NCBI GenBank assembly: GCA_964533735.1
Contig: CAZHMD010000013.1
Span: 1,638 to 65,637, forward strand
DNA: 64,000 nucleotides
Source: an uncultured Anaerolinea sp.
GTDB lineage: Bacteria; Chloroflexota; Anaerolineae; Anaerolineales; Anaerolineaceae
Direction of reading: 5' to 3'
Shown here one piece after another: positions 17,495-27,274 of this stretch; the stretch's first letter is position 1; every line of letters starts with the position of its first letter. The translations under genes were made by a program, and so were the position numbers. The notes below the pieces were generated by a model, which made no database searches, was not told the origin of the DNA, and worked only from the letters and a program-made list of their open reading frames with translations.

Positions 17495-17785
17495 TTTTGG
17501 CCTTTAAATTCGCCAAACAGGCAAGTATTATTTTCCAGCATTTGTGCAACAATTATTATATATACTTTTTGTTGCCCCTTAACAACGTATCTACCTTGCC
17601 AGGTTCGGATTGAATCTTTTTTTAAACTCGAACTCTCATTGATTCGATTTGAGCACTGGAATCTTTTCGTTACTGAGGAACGAGTTCTTTAAACCAATAC
17701 AATTGAATTAATTGTTCCCAGTTCCGGAACAAATAACAATTCAACTGTTTTCCAGCGTTCAAATTTGAATGGTCATTTCTCTGAA

Positions 17786-19237
17786 TCAGAACGGTCCGAG
17801 CTGGATACGGTTGCCCAGCCACAGGAAGAACACGATCACTGGGATCACCAGCAGCCACAGCTTCCAGGTGAAGCGCATCCATTTGGCGTAGCCCACGGAG
17901 GCGATGCCGAGGGTGATCAGCAGCACCGGGTTGGTGGGGTAAGCCATGTTGGAAAAGCCATCCCCGAAGCAGTAAGCCAGCACGGTGAGCTGGCGCGTCA
18001 CCCCCACCAGGTCTGCCAGCGGCAGCAGGATGGGCATGAGCAGCACCGCCTTGGCGCCCGCTGAGCCGATGAAGAACTCGATGATCAGCGCCAGCAGGAA
18101 GATGAGCAGCACCGCGGTGAACGGGGACGCCGCCTGCAGCCCACCGGCAGCACCGTGCAGAATGGTATCCATCACCTGGCCGGAAGTGACGATGTGCTTG
18201 ATGCTGGCAGACATCAGCAGCAGGGGGATGCCGGGAGCCAGTCCGCCGATGCCTTCGAGCAGGGCTTTGCCAATGACTTTGCCGCCCGCACCTGAAACAA
18301 AACCGGCCGCCAGCCCGCCGGCGAAGAAGAGGATGCCCACCAGCGGCAGCGCGTAATCCGAGAGGAACGGCACGAATGGGCTACTGAGTAGAACTGCCAC
18401 GATCAGGAGCAGGAAAGCACCAAAGACCAGGGCGGCTTTTCCAAGGCGTCCGCCGGCAGAGTGCAGGGAATCCAGGTCGAGCGCGCTGTAACGCTCGCGG
18501 TCTGCCTGGCTCTCCTTGAAGACCAGTGAATCCTCGGGGTTGCGGTCGATCTTGCGCGCGTAGCTCACCAGGAACCACGCCAGCAGGGCGTAGATGACCA
18601 GGAAGATGGGGATGCGGAAGAGACCGCCGGTGAAGAGCGGCAGCCCGGCCAGTTTTTGCGCCACCCCGATGGTGAAGGGGTTGGTGATTGCGGCTGAGAA
18701 GCCCATGTTGGTGGCCAGGATGCTCATGCCGAGGCCCACCAGCGCGTCCCAGCCGAGGGAGTAACTCAGGGCGATCATCAGCGGCACCAGCGGCACGATC
18801 TCTTCAAAGAGCCCGAGGAAGGCGCCCAGCGACATGAAGAAGAAGGAGATGACGAGGAGCAGCAGGTACTTGCGTTTGCCGAAGCGCTTAACGATCGAAG
18901 CCAGGGCTGAGCGCAGGATGCCGCTTTTATCGAGGACGGCAAATGCGCCGCCGACCAGCAGGATGAAGATGATGATGGCAATGAGCACCATGGCGTCATC
19001 CCCCCACAACACCTCCACCGGGGCAGTGACCCAGCGCCACACGGGATAATCCGGGCGGTCGACCACCTGGTAGGAATCCGGCAGTATGACCGTGCGTTCA
19101 TCAAACACCTGGCGCTCGTACAACCCGGCAGGCAGTACGCGCGTGAGCACCCCAGCCACGAGCATCAGGAATAACAGGATCAACGCGGATTGGATGAAAG
19201 CTTTCTTGCTGATCTGCGCGCCGGCTTTTTGGTCCAT
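17786..19237 (-). CDS. YfcC family (DcuC-like anaerobic C4-dicarboxylate carrier superfamily) membrane transporter
   Basis: 483 aa with more than 10 TM segments. The N-terminus MDQKAGAQISKKAFIQSALILL... and overall pattern are as in YfcC-family proteins. GAGGAA SD upstream. Confidence 0.7.
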   Translation of the reverse strand: MDQKAGAQISKKAFIQSALILLFLMLVAGVLTRVLPAGLYERQVFDERTVILPDSYQVVDRPDYPVWRWVTAPVEVLWGDDAMVLIAIIIFILLVGGAFAVLDKSGILRSALASIVKRFGKRKYLLLLVISFFFMSLGAFLGLFEEIVPLVPLMIALSYSLGWDALVGLGMSILATNMGFSAAITNPFTIGVAQKLAGLPLFTGGLFRIPIFLVIYALLAWFLVSYARKIDRNPEDSLVFKESQADRERYSALDLDSLHSAGGRLGKAALVFGAFLLLIVAVLLSSPFVPFLSDYALPLVGILFFAGGLAAGFVSGAGGKVIGKALLEGIGGLAPGIPLLLMSASIKHIVTSGQVMDTILHGAAGGLQAASPFTAVLLIFLLALIIEFFIGSAGAKAVLLMPILLPLADLVGVTRQLTVLAYCFGDGFSNMAYPTNPVLLITLGIASVGYAKWMRFTWKLWLLVIPVIVFFLWLGNRIQLGPF

Positions 19238-19386
19238 GGTTTCCTCGATGTCAAACGGAATGAGCTTAGTGTACGAAAGGCGCGGGTAAAAGTCAATTCA
19301 CAAATCTCTTGCCTTGAAAGTCCTGCAATGCCACTTGTTCTTGGTAAAATGAACACCAATGCATCACTCCAGGGAGAAACCATCTT

Positions 19387-20112
19387 TTGATCTCAACTGA
19401 AGAACCCGGCACCATCCAGTTTGGCAGCCGCAACGTTACCTACACCCTCAAGGTGTCCACGCGGGCGCGTCAATTGCGGGTGACCATTGCCAATGGGCAG
19501 ATGAGCGTCACCGTTCCGCGCGGACTGCGCCGGGGCAACGTGGAACGCTTTCTGCAGGAGCATGCGCAGTGGATCCTCGCCAAGCTGGACCAGCCCGCCA
19601 AGCGCAAAGCGGCCCCCGCGCTGCCGAAGGATGTCATACTTGTCCAGGGGGTCCCCACGCGCATGGAGCGGGTGGAGGAGACGACGCGCAAGGCACGGGC
19701 AAGGGTGGAATTGGGGAAAGACCGCCTGGTGGTGCGTGTGCCGGCAGGCTCGCGAATTCACACCCTCACCTACGTGGAAGAGTGGCTGCGGGAGCAAGCG
19801 CGGGGAGTGATCGCCAATGTGGTAAAAGCTCAAGCCGCCCGCATGAACGCCCGTCCGAAAAGCCTGACCATCCGCGACCAGCGCACACGCTGGGGCAGCT
19901 GCTCCACACGCGGCACGCTATCCTTCAACTGGCGCCTGGTGATGGCACCGCCGGCAGTAATGGAGTACGTTGTCATTCACGAACTGGCGCATCTCTTCCA
20001 GCCCAACCATTCAAAAGATTTCTGGGCGGTGGTGGCGCGTTACGCCCCGGATTATAAACTTCACAGAACCTGGCTGCGCAAGAACGCCAGCCTGCTGCGA
20101 CCGCAATCCTGA
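19387..20112 (+). CDS. YgjP-like (DUF45 / M48-related) metal-dependent hydrolase
   Basis: HELAHL (HExxH) near the C-terminus with WGSCS upstream, and an N-terminal Y.L..S.RA..LR..I pattern, typical of DUF45. The TTG start is uncertain. Confidence 0.7.
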   Translation: MISTEEPGTIQFGSRNVTYTLKVSTRARQLRVTIANGQMSVTVPRGLRRGNVERFLQEHAQWILAKLDQPAKRKAAPALPKDVILVQGVPTRMERVEETTRKARARVELGKDRLVVRVPAGSRIHTLTYVEEWLREQARGVIANVVKAQAARMNARPKSLTIRDQRTRWGSCSTRGTLSFNWRLVMAPPAVMEYVVIHELAHLFQPNHSKDFWAVVARYAPDYKLHRTWLRKNASLLRPQS

Positions 20113-20147
20113 GCAACTGATACAATAAAGTTTAAAGGAACTCTTAC

Positions 20148-21173
20148 TTGGAAATCACCCTCAGCACCGAATTTTCAGAGTCAATGGAACAGGTGTGGAA
20201 CGACCTGCTGGACAGGTCGAACCCGCATGTGCCGTTCCTGCGCTTTGAGTACCTGCAAGCCTGGTGGCAGCACCGCGGCGGTGGGGAGTGGCCGCAGGAG
20301 GCGCAATTGGCGATCCTGCTCGGGCACAAAGACGGCGTGCTTGCCGGCATCGCGCCCTGCTTCACCGCCGAACACGAGGGTGAAAAACGCCTGCTCCTGC
20401 TCGGCAGCATTGAGATCAGTGATTACCTTGACCTCATCTCGCAGGAAGCTGACCGGGTGGATTTTGTGCGCTCACTGGTGGCATATCTTGAAGGATGTCC
20501 CGCAGAACTTGGTCCTGTAAAGGCAATCGATCTTTATAACATTCTGGACGATTCTCCCACCATCCGTGCATTCGAGGAGATTGACGCATCAAAAGAGCGC
20601 CTGAAGGTCGAGCAGCTGCAGCATTCGCCGTACATCAAGCTGCCGGGGGATTGGGAGACTTATCTCTCGCAGATCGACTCGAAGCAGCGCCACGAGATCC
20701 GCCGCAAGATGCGCCGCGCCGCCGAAGCAGAGATCCCTGCCGAAGTGTATTTCTCCGCCGACATTGAGACGTTGGATGCGGACATGGATATTTTCCTCGG
20801 CCTGATGGCCCAAGATGCAGATAAATGTACCTTCCTGACGCCGGCGATGCGCGAGCAGATGAAAGCCATCATCCGCGCCGGTTTCGGCATCGGCTGCCTG
20901 CAGCTGGTGTTCCTGAAAATTGGAGACGAGTTCGCCGCCGGATACCTCAACGCAGATTACCTCGACCGCATCTGGGTGTATAACTCCGGGATCGACACGC
21001 GCTTCATGTCCTACTCGCCCGGCTGGGTGCTGCTGGGGCATTTGCTTAAGTGGGCCAACGAGAACGGGCGCGAGGAATTCGACTTCATGCGCGGCAATGA
21101 GGATTACAAGTACAAGTTCGGCGCGATTGACAGGTTTGTAATGCGGGTGACGCTGGCTTTAACAGGGAGATGA
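20148..21173 (+). CDS. GNAT-fold acetyltransferase of the CelD/BioF2/FemAB-like type (Acetyltransf_6-like)
   Basis: 341 aa. The C-terminal YSPGWVLLGHLLKWANENGREEFDFMRGNEDYKYKFGA is characteristic of this family. TTG start, with an alternative ATG at 20184. Confidence 0.65.
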   Translation: MEITLSTEFSESMEQVWNDLLDRSNPHVPFLRFEYLQAWWQHRGGGEWPQEAQLAILLGHKDGVLAGIAPCFTAEHEGEKRLLLLGSIEISDYLDLISQEADRVDFVRSLVAYLEGCPAELGPVKAIDLYNILDDSPTIRAFEEIDASKERLKVEQLQHSPYIKLPGDWETYLSQIDSKQRHEIRRKMRRAAEAEIPAEVYFSADIETLDADMDIFLGLMAQDADKCTFLTPAMREQMKAIIRAGFGIGCLQLVFLKIGDEFAAGYLNADYLDRIWVYNSGIDTRFMSYSPGWVLLGHLLKWANENGREEFDFMRGNEDYKYKFGAIDRFVMRVTLALTGR

Positions 21174-21174
21174 G

Positions 21175-21936
21175 ATGGACGGGGTAAAGCAGCACACACC
21201 ACTACAATCAATTCTTTTGCACCTGCTTCCGGGAGTCGTCGTCCTTTTTTCGATCCTGATCTTTTCCCAGCCCCTATATTCAAAATTACTGGGTATTGAT
21301 GAGAGATTAAGCCCAGTCCTGGGGTTTCTCCTGGGGATACTATTTGGATTGTTGCCCGTTCAGCTTGGGCTCCTGTTGCTTGCCGGTAAAAATGAGACTG
21401 GAAAGTATTCGATCAGGAAAATCATAAAATATACCGAAAAAGGCACATTGAAAGACTATTTGGTCTTTGTACCGCTCCTCATCTTATATTTCCTGGTGAT
21501 GTTCGTGGTAATCGCTCCCCTGATCCAGCCCGCCATAGTTAAAACATTTTTCTCCTGGTGGCCTGAGCAGTACAACTTTCAACTGCTGCTGCAAAACCCT
21601 GCAGCCTTAGCCGGTTATGGCGGAACAAAACTTCTCATGCCTGTTTATATTCTGCTGAGCTGCATCTCAGGACCGTTCGTGGAAGAATTGTATTTTCGCG
21701 GCTATCTGCTTCCCAGGATGGAAAAATATGCCGGAAAATGGGCAGCATTGCTTAACACGGTGCTTTTTTCCGTTTATCACTTCTTTTCGCCGTGGGAAAA
21801 CCTGATCAGGATAGCAGCCTCCTATCCATTGATCCATCTTGTCTGGAAAAAACGGAACATCCGGTTAAGTATGCTGGTTCACATGATTGTTAATACGGTT
21901 GGCGGAATCATCGCATTATTCATGATTCTGCGATAA
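21175..21936 (+). CDS. CPBP family intramembrane glutamic endopeptidase (CAAX/Abi-type)
   Basis: Motifs EELYFRGYL, FSVYH and HMIVN in TM segments. Starts 1 nt after the GNAT stop. Confidence 0.85.
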   Translation: MDGVKQHTPLQSILLHLLPGVVVLFSILIFSQPLYSKLLGIDERLSPVLGFLLGILFGLLPVQLGLLLLAGKNETGKYSIRKIIKYTEKGTLKDYLVFVPLLILYFLVMFVVIAPLIQPAIVKTFFSWWPEQYNFQLLLQNPAALAGYGGTKLLMPVYILLSCISGPFVEELYFRGYLLPRMEKYAGKWAALLNTVLFSVYHFFSPWENLIRIAASYPLIHLVWKKRNIRLSMLVHMIVNTVGGIIALFMILR

Positions 21937-22010
21937 TTCGCGGATTATCTCCACTTCGCAATTATCAATGAAGAGATGAAATTTGATAGATTGCGTATTA
22001 ATAATACAAA

Positions 22011-22030
22011 AGCCGGGCGAACCCGGCTTT
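22011..22030. terminator. bidirectional terminator hairpin between convergent genes
   Basis: AGCCGGG-cgaa-CCCGGCT with an A-run before and a T-run after. Lies 5 nt from the M20 stop. Confidence 0.7.
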
Positions 22031-22034
22031 ACCT

Positions 22035-23519
22035 TTACATGTCTTTGGATGCCCAGCGTGGAATGAGGCGGTAGAAGAATTCCACCATAGTGTGCATGGC
22101 TTCGATCGAGATGCGCTCATTGACCCCGTGCACGCGGTGCACATCTTCCTGGGTAACGCGGATGGGCGAGAAGCGGTAAACCTGGTCACTCACCTCATGG
22201 AAGTTGCGCGAGTCGGTGCCGCCGAGCATGATGTAAGGCGCCACCGCCGTGCCGGGGAAGAGTTCGCTGGTGACTGACGTGATGTGCTGATAAGCCGGAC
22301 ATTCCACATCCGAAACCGGGGACGCTTCCCAGGCTTTGTCCGGCATCGGCTCAAAGGTGACGCGCTCATCGTGGATGACCTTGCGCACACGCTCGCACAC
22401 GGAGGCGATGGATTCTCCCTGCAGCAGGCGGAAATTGACCACCGCTTCCGCCATAGAAGGCAGCACGTTATCCTTTACCCCGCCTTTGATGATGGTGGGA
22501 GCCATGGTGGTGCGGATGGTGGCATCGGCTTCCGGTTTTTTGGCCAGCCTGGATTCGATGAGTCCTTTGAAGAGCCACAGGTTGGCGAACGCCAGCTGCA
22601 TCACGGGTGACGCGGCTGCGCCTAATCCTTCAAACATGGGCAGGACAGCGCTGACGCGGGAGGGGAATTTGTGCTTCTGCAGGCGGTCAATGGCGGATGC
22701 CAGGATGCCAATAGCTGTAGCATTTGATGGGGTGGAGGAATGCCCGCCGCTGGCCTGCGCCTGCAGCTTGAGCGAAAGGTAGCCTTTCTCGGCGACGCCA
22801 ATCATGGCTGCCAGTCCTTCCACGCCCGGGATCATATCATCGTAAATCGAGCCGCCTTCGTCGATGACCGACTGCACGTGAATGCCTTTGGCTTTGAGGT
22901 GCGCCACCACCGCCACCGCGCCTGAACCGAGCACTTCCTCGTTGTGGCTGAAGGACAGCATTACGGTGCGTTCCGGCTGGTAATTGTTCTTGATGAGTTG
23001 TTCCACCGCCTCGAATACGGCGATCAACTGGTTCTTGATATCCATGCTGCCGCGACCCCAGATAAAGCCGTCAGCGATCTCGCCTGAAAATGGCGCGTGT
23101 GTCCATTCCGATAAGGTATGTTCATCAGCGGGGACAACATCCTGGTGCGCCATGAAGACGATCGGGTCGAGTTGGCTGTTGGACCCTTTCCAGGTATACA
23201 GCAGGCTGTAGCCATCCAGGATTTCTTTTTTGAGGATGGAATGTGCGAGCGGGTATTGTTTTGCTAGTTTGGTTTGCAGCACCTTAAAGTTGGCTTTCTC
23301 ATCCTGCTCCACATCTTCATGTGAAATGGTCTCCACTTTGATGACCGATGAGAGGTTCCTGGCAGCATCCAGCGGGTCAACAGCCAGTTTGGGCAGGGAG
23401 GGATTGTACTCAATGTAAACATTGGAGGCGCGCCGTGAGAACAGCATCATGCGCACGAGCAGGAAGGCGGCGACCAGCAAGACCACAGCGATGACAATGA
23501 CGAATATAGGGAGGAACAT
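22035..23519 (-). CDS. membrane-anchored M20 family metallopeptidase (carboxypeptidase S-like)
   Basis: N-terminal TM helix, then the M20 metal and catalytic motifs MAHQDVVP, GRGSMDIKNQ and HNEEVLG. Confidence 0.8.
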   Translation of the reverse strand: MFLPIFVIVIAVVLLVAAFLLVRMMLFSRRASNVYIEYNPSLPKLAVDPLDAARNLSSVIKVETISHEDVEQDEKANFKVLQTKLAKQYPLAHSILKKEILDGYSLLYTWKGSNSQLDPIVFMAHQDVVPADEHTLSEWTHAPFSGEIADGFIWGRGSMDIKNQLIAVFEAVEQLIKNNYQPERTVMLSFSHNEEVLGSGAVAVVAHLKAKGIHVQSVIDEGGSIYDDMIPGVEGLAAMIGVAEKGYLSLKLQAQASGGHSSTPSNATAIGILASAIDRLQKHKFPSRVSAVLPMFEGLGAAASPVMQLAFANLWLFKGLIESRLAKKPEADATIRTTMAPTIIKGGVKDNVLPSMAEAVVNFRLLQGESIASVCERVRKVIHDERVTFEPMPDKAWEASPVSDVECPAYQHITSVTSELFPGTAVAPYIMLGGTDSRNFHEVSDQVYRFSPIRVTQEDVHRVHGVNERISIEAMHTMVEFFYRLIPRWASKDM

Positions 23520-23639
23520 TTTTACCTCGGAAGAACGGAGTGTTGGTTTAGTTCTTGACGAGAATGGATATGCGGGTAATGCCCATTCTCAACCAGTGAC
23601 TGAAATCGGATTATAGCATTGACAGTGCATAAATGCGAA

Positions 23640-23661
23640 GTGGCTCGCACAGGCGAGCCAC
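23640..23661 (-). terminator. hairpin downstream of the CBS gene
   Basis: GTGGCTCGC-acag-GCGAGCCAC (9-bp stem) lies 19 nt after the stop. The U-tail is weak on the minus strand. Confidence 0.45.
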
Positions 23662-23680
23662 TTTAGTCATCGAATACAGA

Positions 23681-24121
23681 TTAAAGCTGTATTTCCTGCC
23701 CCAGCATGTAGTTCTCAAGTCCCTTAATCAAGGCATCTTTGTCCTTTAAGAGGACCTTCACGACGTCACCTATGGAGATCACGCCAACCACCTTGCCGTC
23801 TTTTACAACAGGCAGGTGGCGGATGCGTTTGTCGGACATTTGCGCCATGCAGGTTTCGGCAGATTGCTCCGGGCTGACATAGTACACTTTTGAGGTCATC
23901 ACGTCTTTGACGGGCGTGGTCACCGGATTGCCAAGCAGGGTACCGCGGCGGGCATAATCCCTTTCGGAGAAAATTCCTTTCACAGTGTCGCCGTCCATCA
24001 CCATCACTGCACCGATCTGTTTCTCTGTCATCAACTTCAGGGCATCCAGGATGGTTGCCTCAGGTTTGACGGAGTAAACCGCATGCCCTTTATTTTCCAG
24101 GATTGATTTGACCGTTGCCAT
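23681..24121 (-). CDS. CBS domain pair protein
   Basis: 146 aa with two CBS repeats (..IGAVMVMDGDTVKGIFSERD.. and ..IRHLPVVKDGKVVGVISIGD..). GGAGG SD upstream. Confidence 0.85.
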   Translation of the reverse strand: MATVKSILENKGHAVYSVKPEATILDALKLMTEKQIGAVMVMDGDTVKGIFSERDYARRGTLLGNPVTTPVKDVMTSKVYYVSPEQSAETCMAQMSDKRIRHLPVVKDGKVVGVISIGDVVKVLLKDKDALIKGLENYMLGQEIQL

Positions 24122-24244
24122 TTTTTCCTCCTACCAACGAGTAATGGGTTAACTGATACTTAATCATAGCCCATTTGGCGGATAAATTCAACTTTTCAGG
24201 GGTATTGGTGGCGGTACATTTTGATGAATTTCGCAGCAACGGGA

Positions 24245-26929
24245 TTATTCGATCAATTTTTGCCGCCGGGCGAAATCCACCGCTTCATCGCGGGAGTGCA
24301 CATCCAGCTTATTATAGATGCTCTTGATGTGGAATCTAACGGTGTTCGCAGAAACAGTCAGTCCTTCGGCGATCTCGGTACTGGTCTTGTGGGTGGCGAG
24401 GTAACTGAGGATCTCTTTCTCGCGCGTACTTAACCCGGCTGATTTTTGTTGTTTTAACCCAACGTGGTTCTTTGCATCTCCCGGGAGATCCAGATTTGGA
24501 TATGCCTTTGCCAACCCCAGTATAAAGTCGATGTCTGCAGCCAGGGACGGTTCGAAGGTTAACCCTTCCAGCAATTCAATGCCTGCTTCGTCTTTATCCA
24601 GAAGTATGGAATAGGCGCGTTCAGCCAGTATAAACTCAAGGGCTTTGCAGAGGTGTTTCAGGGCTTCCTCATTGTCCCCCAACCTGAAGTAGCAGATCGC
24701 CTGCATTACCTGAGCATCTGCAACGTACATGCGGGTACCGGTTCTTTCGGAATCTTTCTGAACCAACGCGAGCCACTTTAATGCTTCTGGGTATCGCTTG
24801 TTGGTATACAGGATTCTCGCACGCGCCCGGCACAGGATGGCATCAGAATGGTTGAAATCACTTTCACTCATCTCCTCCTGTATATTAAACCATCTGCAAT
24901 TGGATTTCAAGCGCCCAGGTTCAACACCTAACAAGATCAAATAGGCGTCCAGATAATTTAAATACCACGTGGAAACCAGCGAAGTTAATGGCCTCAGATC
25001 TTCCAGTATCTTGAAAACCTCTTCTTTGTGACCCATTTTCCACAAGACCGCGCTTTTTATCCCCTGAGTGGTAATGGTGGTATCTGCCTGGTGCCATTGT
25101 TGACCCAGCCTGACGCCTTCATCAGCCATTTCAATTGCGGAAGCGAAATTGCCACGAAACAAGAATACCTCGGCACGGTTGGCATAGAGATTACCCAATG
25201 CCGGATAACGCTCTGCCTGGCCGGGGTTTTTCTCCAACACTTTTTTTATCGTTGCAGCTGTCAATAAATCCGCTTGTTGAATCTGACCCATCATAAGCAA
25301 TAACCTGACTTTTGCTGAAGAAGCCAGGATGTAAATATGCATACAATCGCCGTGATAACAAGTTTCAACAGCTTCGCTGTAAGCTTCGAGAGCTTCCGTG
25401 TGCATCCCGCCGCCTTCCAAAGCATTGGCAAGAGAAATTAAAGTAACCCCTCGATTTAAAGTATCCTTACAGTCTAGATTGATCAATGCCTGGCTGGCGG
25501 CTTTAATGGTCTTCTCGTTATCTCCCCTTAACCAGTGGATATAAGACTGAACCGCCAGCATCCTGCCTACAACCATACGCCGTTCACTTTTCAGGCTCAT
25601 GGTTCTGAGGGAGTTCTCGGCGATTAATAGATAATGTTCAGCATCCTCACATCTGCCGGTATAGGCAAGCAGCCACGCATTAGCAATGGGTAATTCAGGT
25701 CTGGATTGAAGGACGGCTACTGGCAGCTTGCTGACCAGTTCAGATTGCCTTACAAGCTCGGAATTATCCATCATTAGGAAGATATTATTTTCGACCAGAG
25801 AGACTGCCCGGTCATAATCTTCACAACGAAGCGCATGATCAACCGCGGCAGTAACACGGCCATTCTTTTCGTACCATTCACTCGCCCTGGCATGCAGCTT
25901 GCGGACCCGGTCTGCGGGCAATTGTTTTAACCTTACGCGCAAAAGATGCAAAAACAAACCGTGGAAGCGATACCACTCACGCTGCTCATCCACGGGCATG
26001 AGGAAAAGGTTTTCCTGTTCCAACTGTTTGAGTAATTTATTGGCATCATCACGCCCGGTAACGCAGGCACACAAGGATGCGTTAAGCGAATCCAGGATGG
26101 AAATACCCATCAAAAAATCCTGCACGTCTGGCAGCAGTACGGTGAAAACTTCTGAAACCAGGTAATCGTGGATTAAAGGGTTCGAGATATCAATTGCCAG
26201 GATTCCATTTTTATCTGCCGCAGCGATCGCTGCCAATTGGATCCCGAATACCCAACCCTCGGATTTTTCAACCAGGGTATTCACATCCTGTAGTGAAAAT
26301 TCGGGTAAATTCATTTTGTGGAATAAGTCGCAGGTTTCGTTAGTTGAAAACTCCAGTTCACCCACGCGAATTTCGATAAGACCGCCCTTGGCGCGTAATT
26401 TTGCCAGGGGCCAATCCGGTTCCTGGTGACTGGTAATGACCATATTCATGTTCGCGGGAAGATGTTCTACCAGGAATTTCAGTTCAGACAGAATTACCTG
26501 ATTGGTGACGTGATGCAGGTCGTCCATAACGATGACGATACTGCGTTTCGCCCGAGACATCTTGTTAATCATGTGAACGAGGCTTCGATGAATATCGATA
26601 TCCTGTAGTTCAGGATGATAGAAATTCACCGGACTAACGAATTTAGGAAGGACAACCTGGATGGCAGCCATAAGATATTGCCAAAACGTGGAAGGATGGT
26701 TATCTGTTTCTTCAACTGAAAACCAGGCAACCTCGCCATTATGAAGATGAGCCCATTCACTGACCAGTGAGGATTTTCCAAAACCCGGAGGAGCTAGCAC
26801 CAGGGCAACTTTTACATCCGGATCAAACACCCGGTTCAATTTATGGATCAACCGCAGGCGCGTTACAACATCCGCGTTTTGCGGTGGGATCTGTACTTTT
26901 GAGGTGAGGATGACGCGGTCTTGTTTCAT
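24245..26929 (-). CDS. second LAL / MalT-like STAND-LuxR transcriptional regulator
   Basis: 894 aa. P-loop LAPPGFGKSSL, a TPR-like middle region, and a C-terminal LuxR HTH (LSTREKEILSYLATHKTSTEIAEGLTVSANTVRFHIKSIYNKL). Confidence 0.85.
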   Translation of the reverse strand: MKQDRVILTSKVQIPPQNADVVTRLRLIHKLNRVFDPDVKVALVLAPPGFGKSSLVSEWAHLHNGEVAWFSVEETDNHPSTFWQYLMAAIQVVLPKFVSPVNFYHPELQDIDIHRSLVHMINKMSRAKRSIVIVMDDLHHVTNQVILSELKFLVEHLPANMNMVITSHQEPDWPLAKLRAKGGLIEIRVGELEFSTNETCDLFHKMNLPEFSLQDVNTLVEKSEGWVFGIQLAAIAAADKNGILAIDISNPLIHDYLVSEVFTVLLPDVQDFLMGISILDSLNASLCACVTGRDDANKLLKQLEQENLFLMPVDEQREWYRFHGLFLHLLRVRLKQLPADRVRKLHARASEWYEKNGRVTAAVDHALRCEDYDRAVSLVENNIFLMMDNSELVRQSELVSKLPVAVLQSRPELPIANAWLLAYTGRCEDAEHYLLIAENSLRTMSLKSERRMVVGRMLAVQSYIHWLRGDNEKTIKAASQALINLDCKDTLNRGVTLISLANALEGGGMHTEALEAYSEAVETCYHGDCMHIYILASSAKVRLLLMMGQIQQADLLTAATIKKVLEKNPGQAERYPALGNLYANRAEVFLFRGNFASAIEMADEGVRLGQQWHQADTTITTQGIKSAVLWKMGHKEEVFKILEDLRPLTSLVSTWYLNYLDAYLILLGVEPGRLKSNCRWFNIQEEMSESDFNHSDAILCRARARILYTNKRYPEALKWLALVQKDSERTGTRMYVADAQVMQAICYFRLGDNEEALKHLCKALEFILAERAYSILLDKDEAGIELLEGLTFEPSLAADIDFILGLAKAYPNLDLPGDAKNHVGLKQQKSAGLSTREKEILSYLATHKTSTEIAEGLTVSANTVRFHIKSIYNKLDVHSRDEAVDFARRQKLIE

Positions 26930-27274
26930 ATTGAGACAGGCTGCAAATAAGTCTAAATTCCGATGATTAATTATAGATTAATAAAAAATTTCCAATGCGA
27001 TTTATTTTGTATTCACTAAAGTCTGATTCAGACCAATATTAAATTCATGATGAGTGCGTTAATCTGAAATTAAGACTGGTACCCAAAATAACCACCCAAA
27101 TAAGGGGAAGAAAAGCGCTCAAGCAATCCTTAAGATAAATGTGACATAAAGCCACCAACCGGTGGGATTCTCGTAATCACCTTACCAAAGTTTAGAAAAA
27201 AAAAGGAGGTAACTATCAAGTATGTAGATATGTTCGCATCAATAAACGCCCAATTTACGAATCGGAGGAGTTAC

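Noticed and set aside
17478-17530. TTGGCAAG read as a sigma54 -24/-12 promoter (TGGCAC-N5-TTGC), or the AT-rich spacer read as a replication origin.
   Set aside because: There is no TTGC element at the correct spacing after either TGGCA. I found no TTATCCACA-type DnaA boxes and no dnaA/dnaN nearby.
17595-17625. ggttcggattgaatc, resembling a tRNA T-arm.
   Set aside because: No acceptor, D or anticodon stems can be built around it, and no other tRNA-like sequence was seen in the window.
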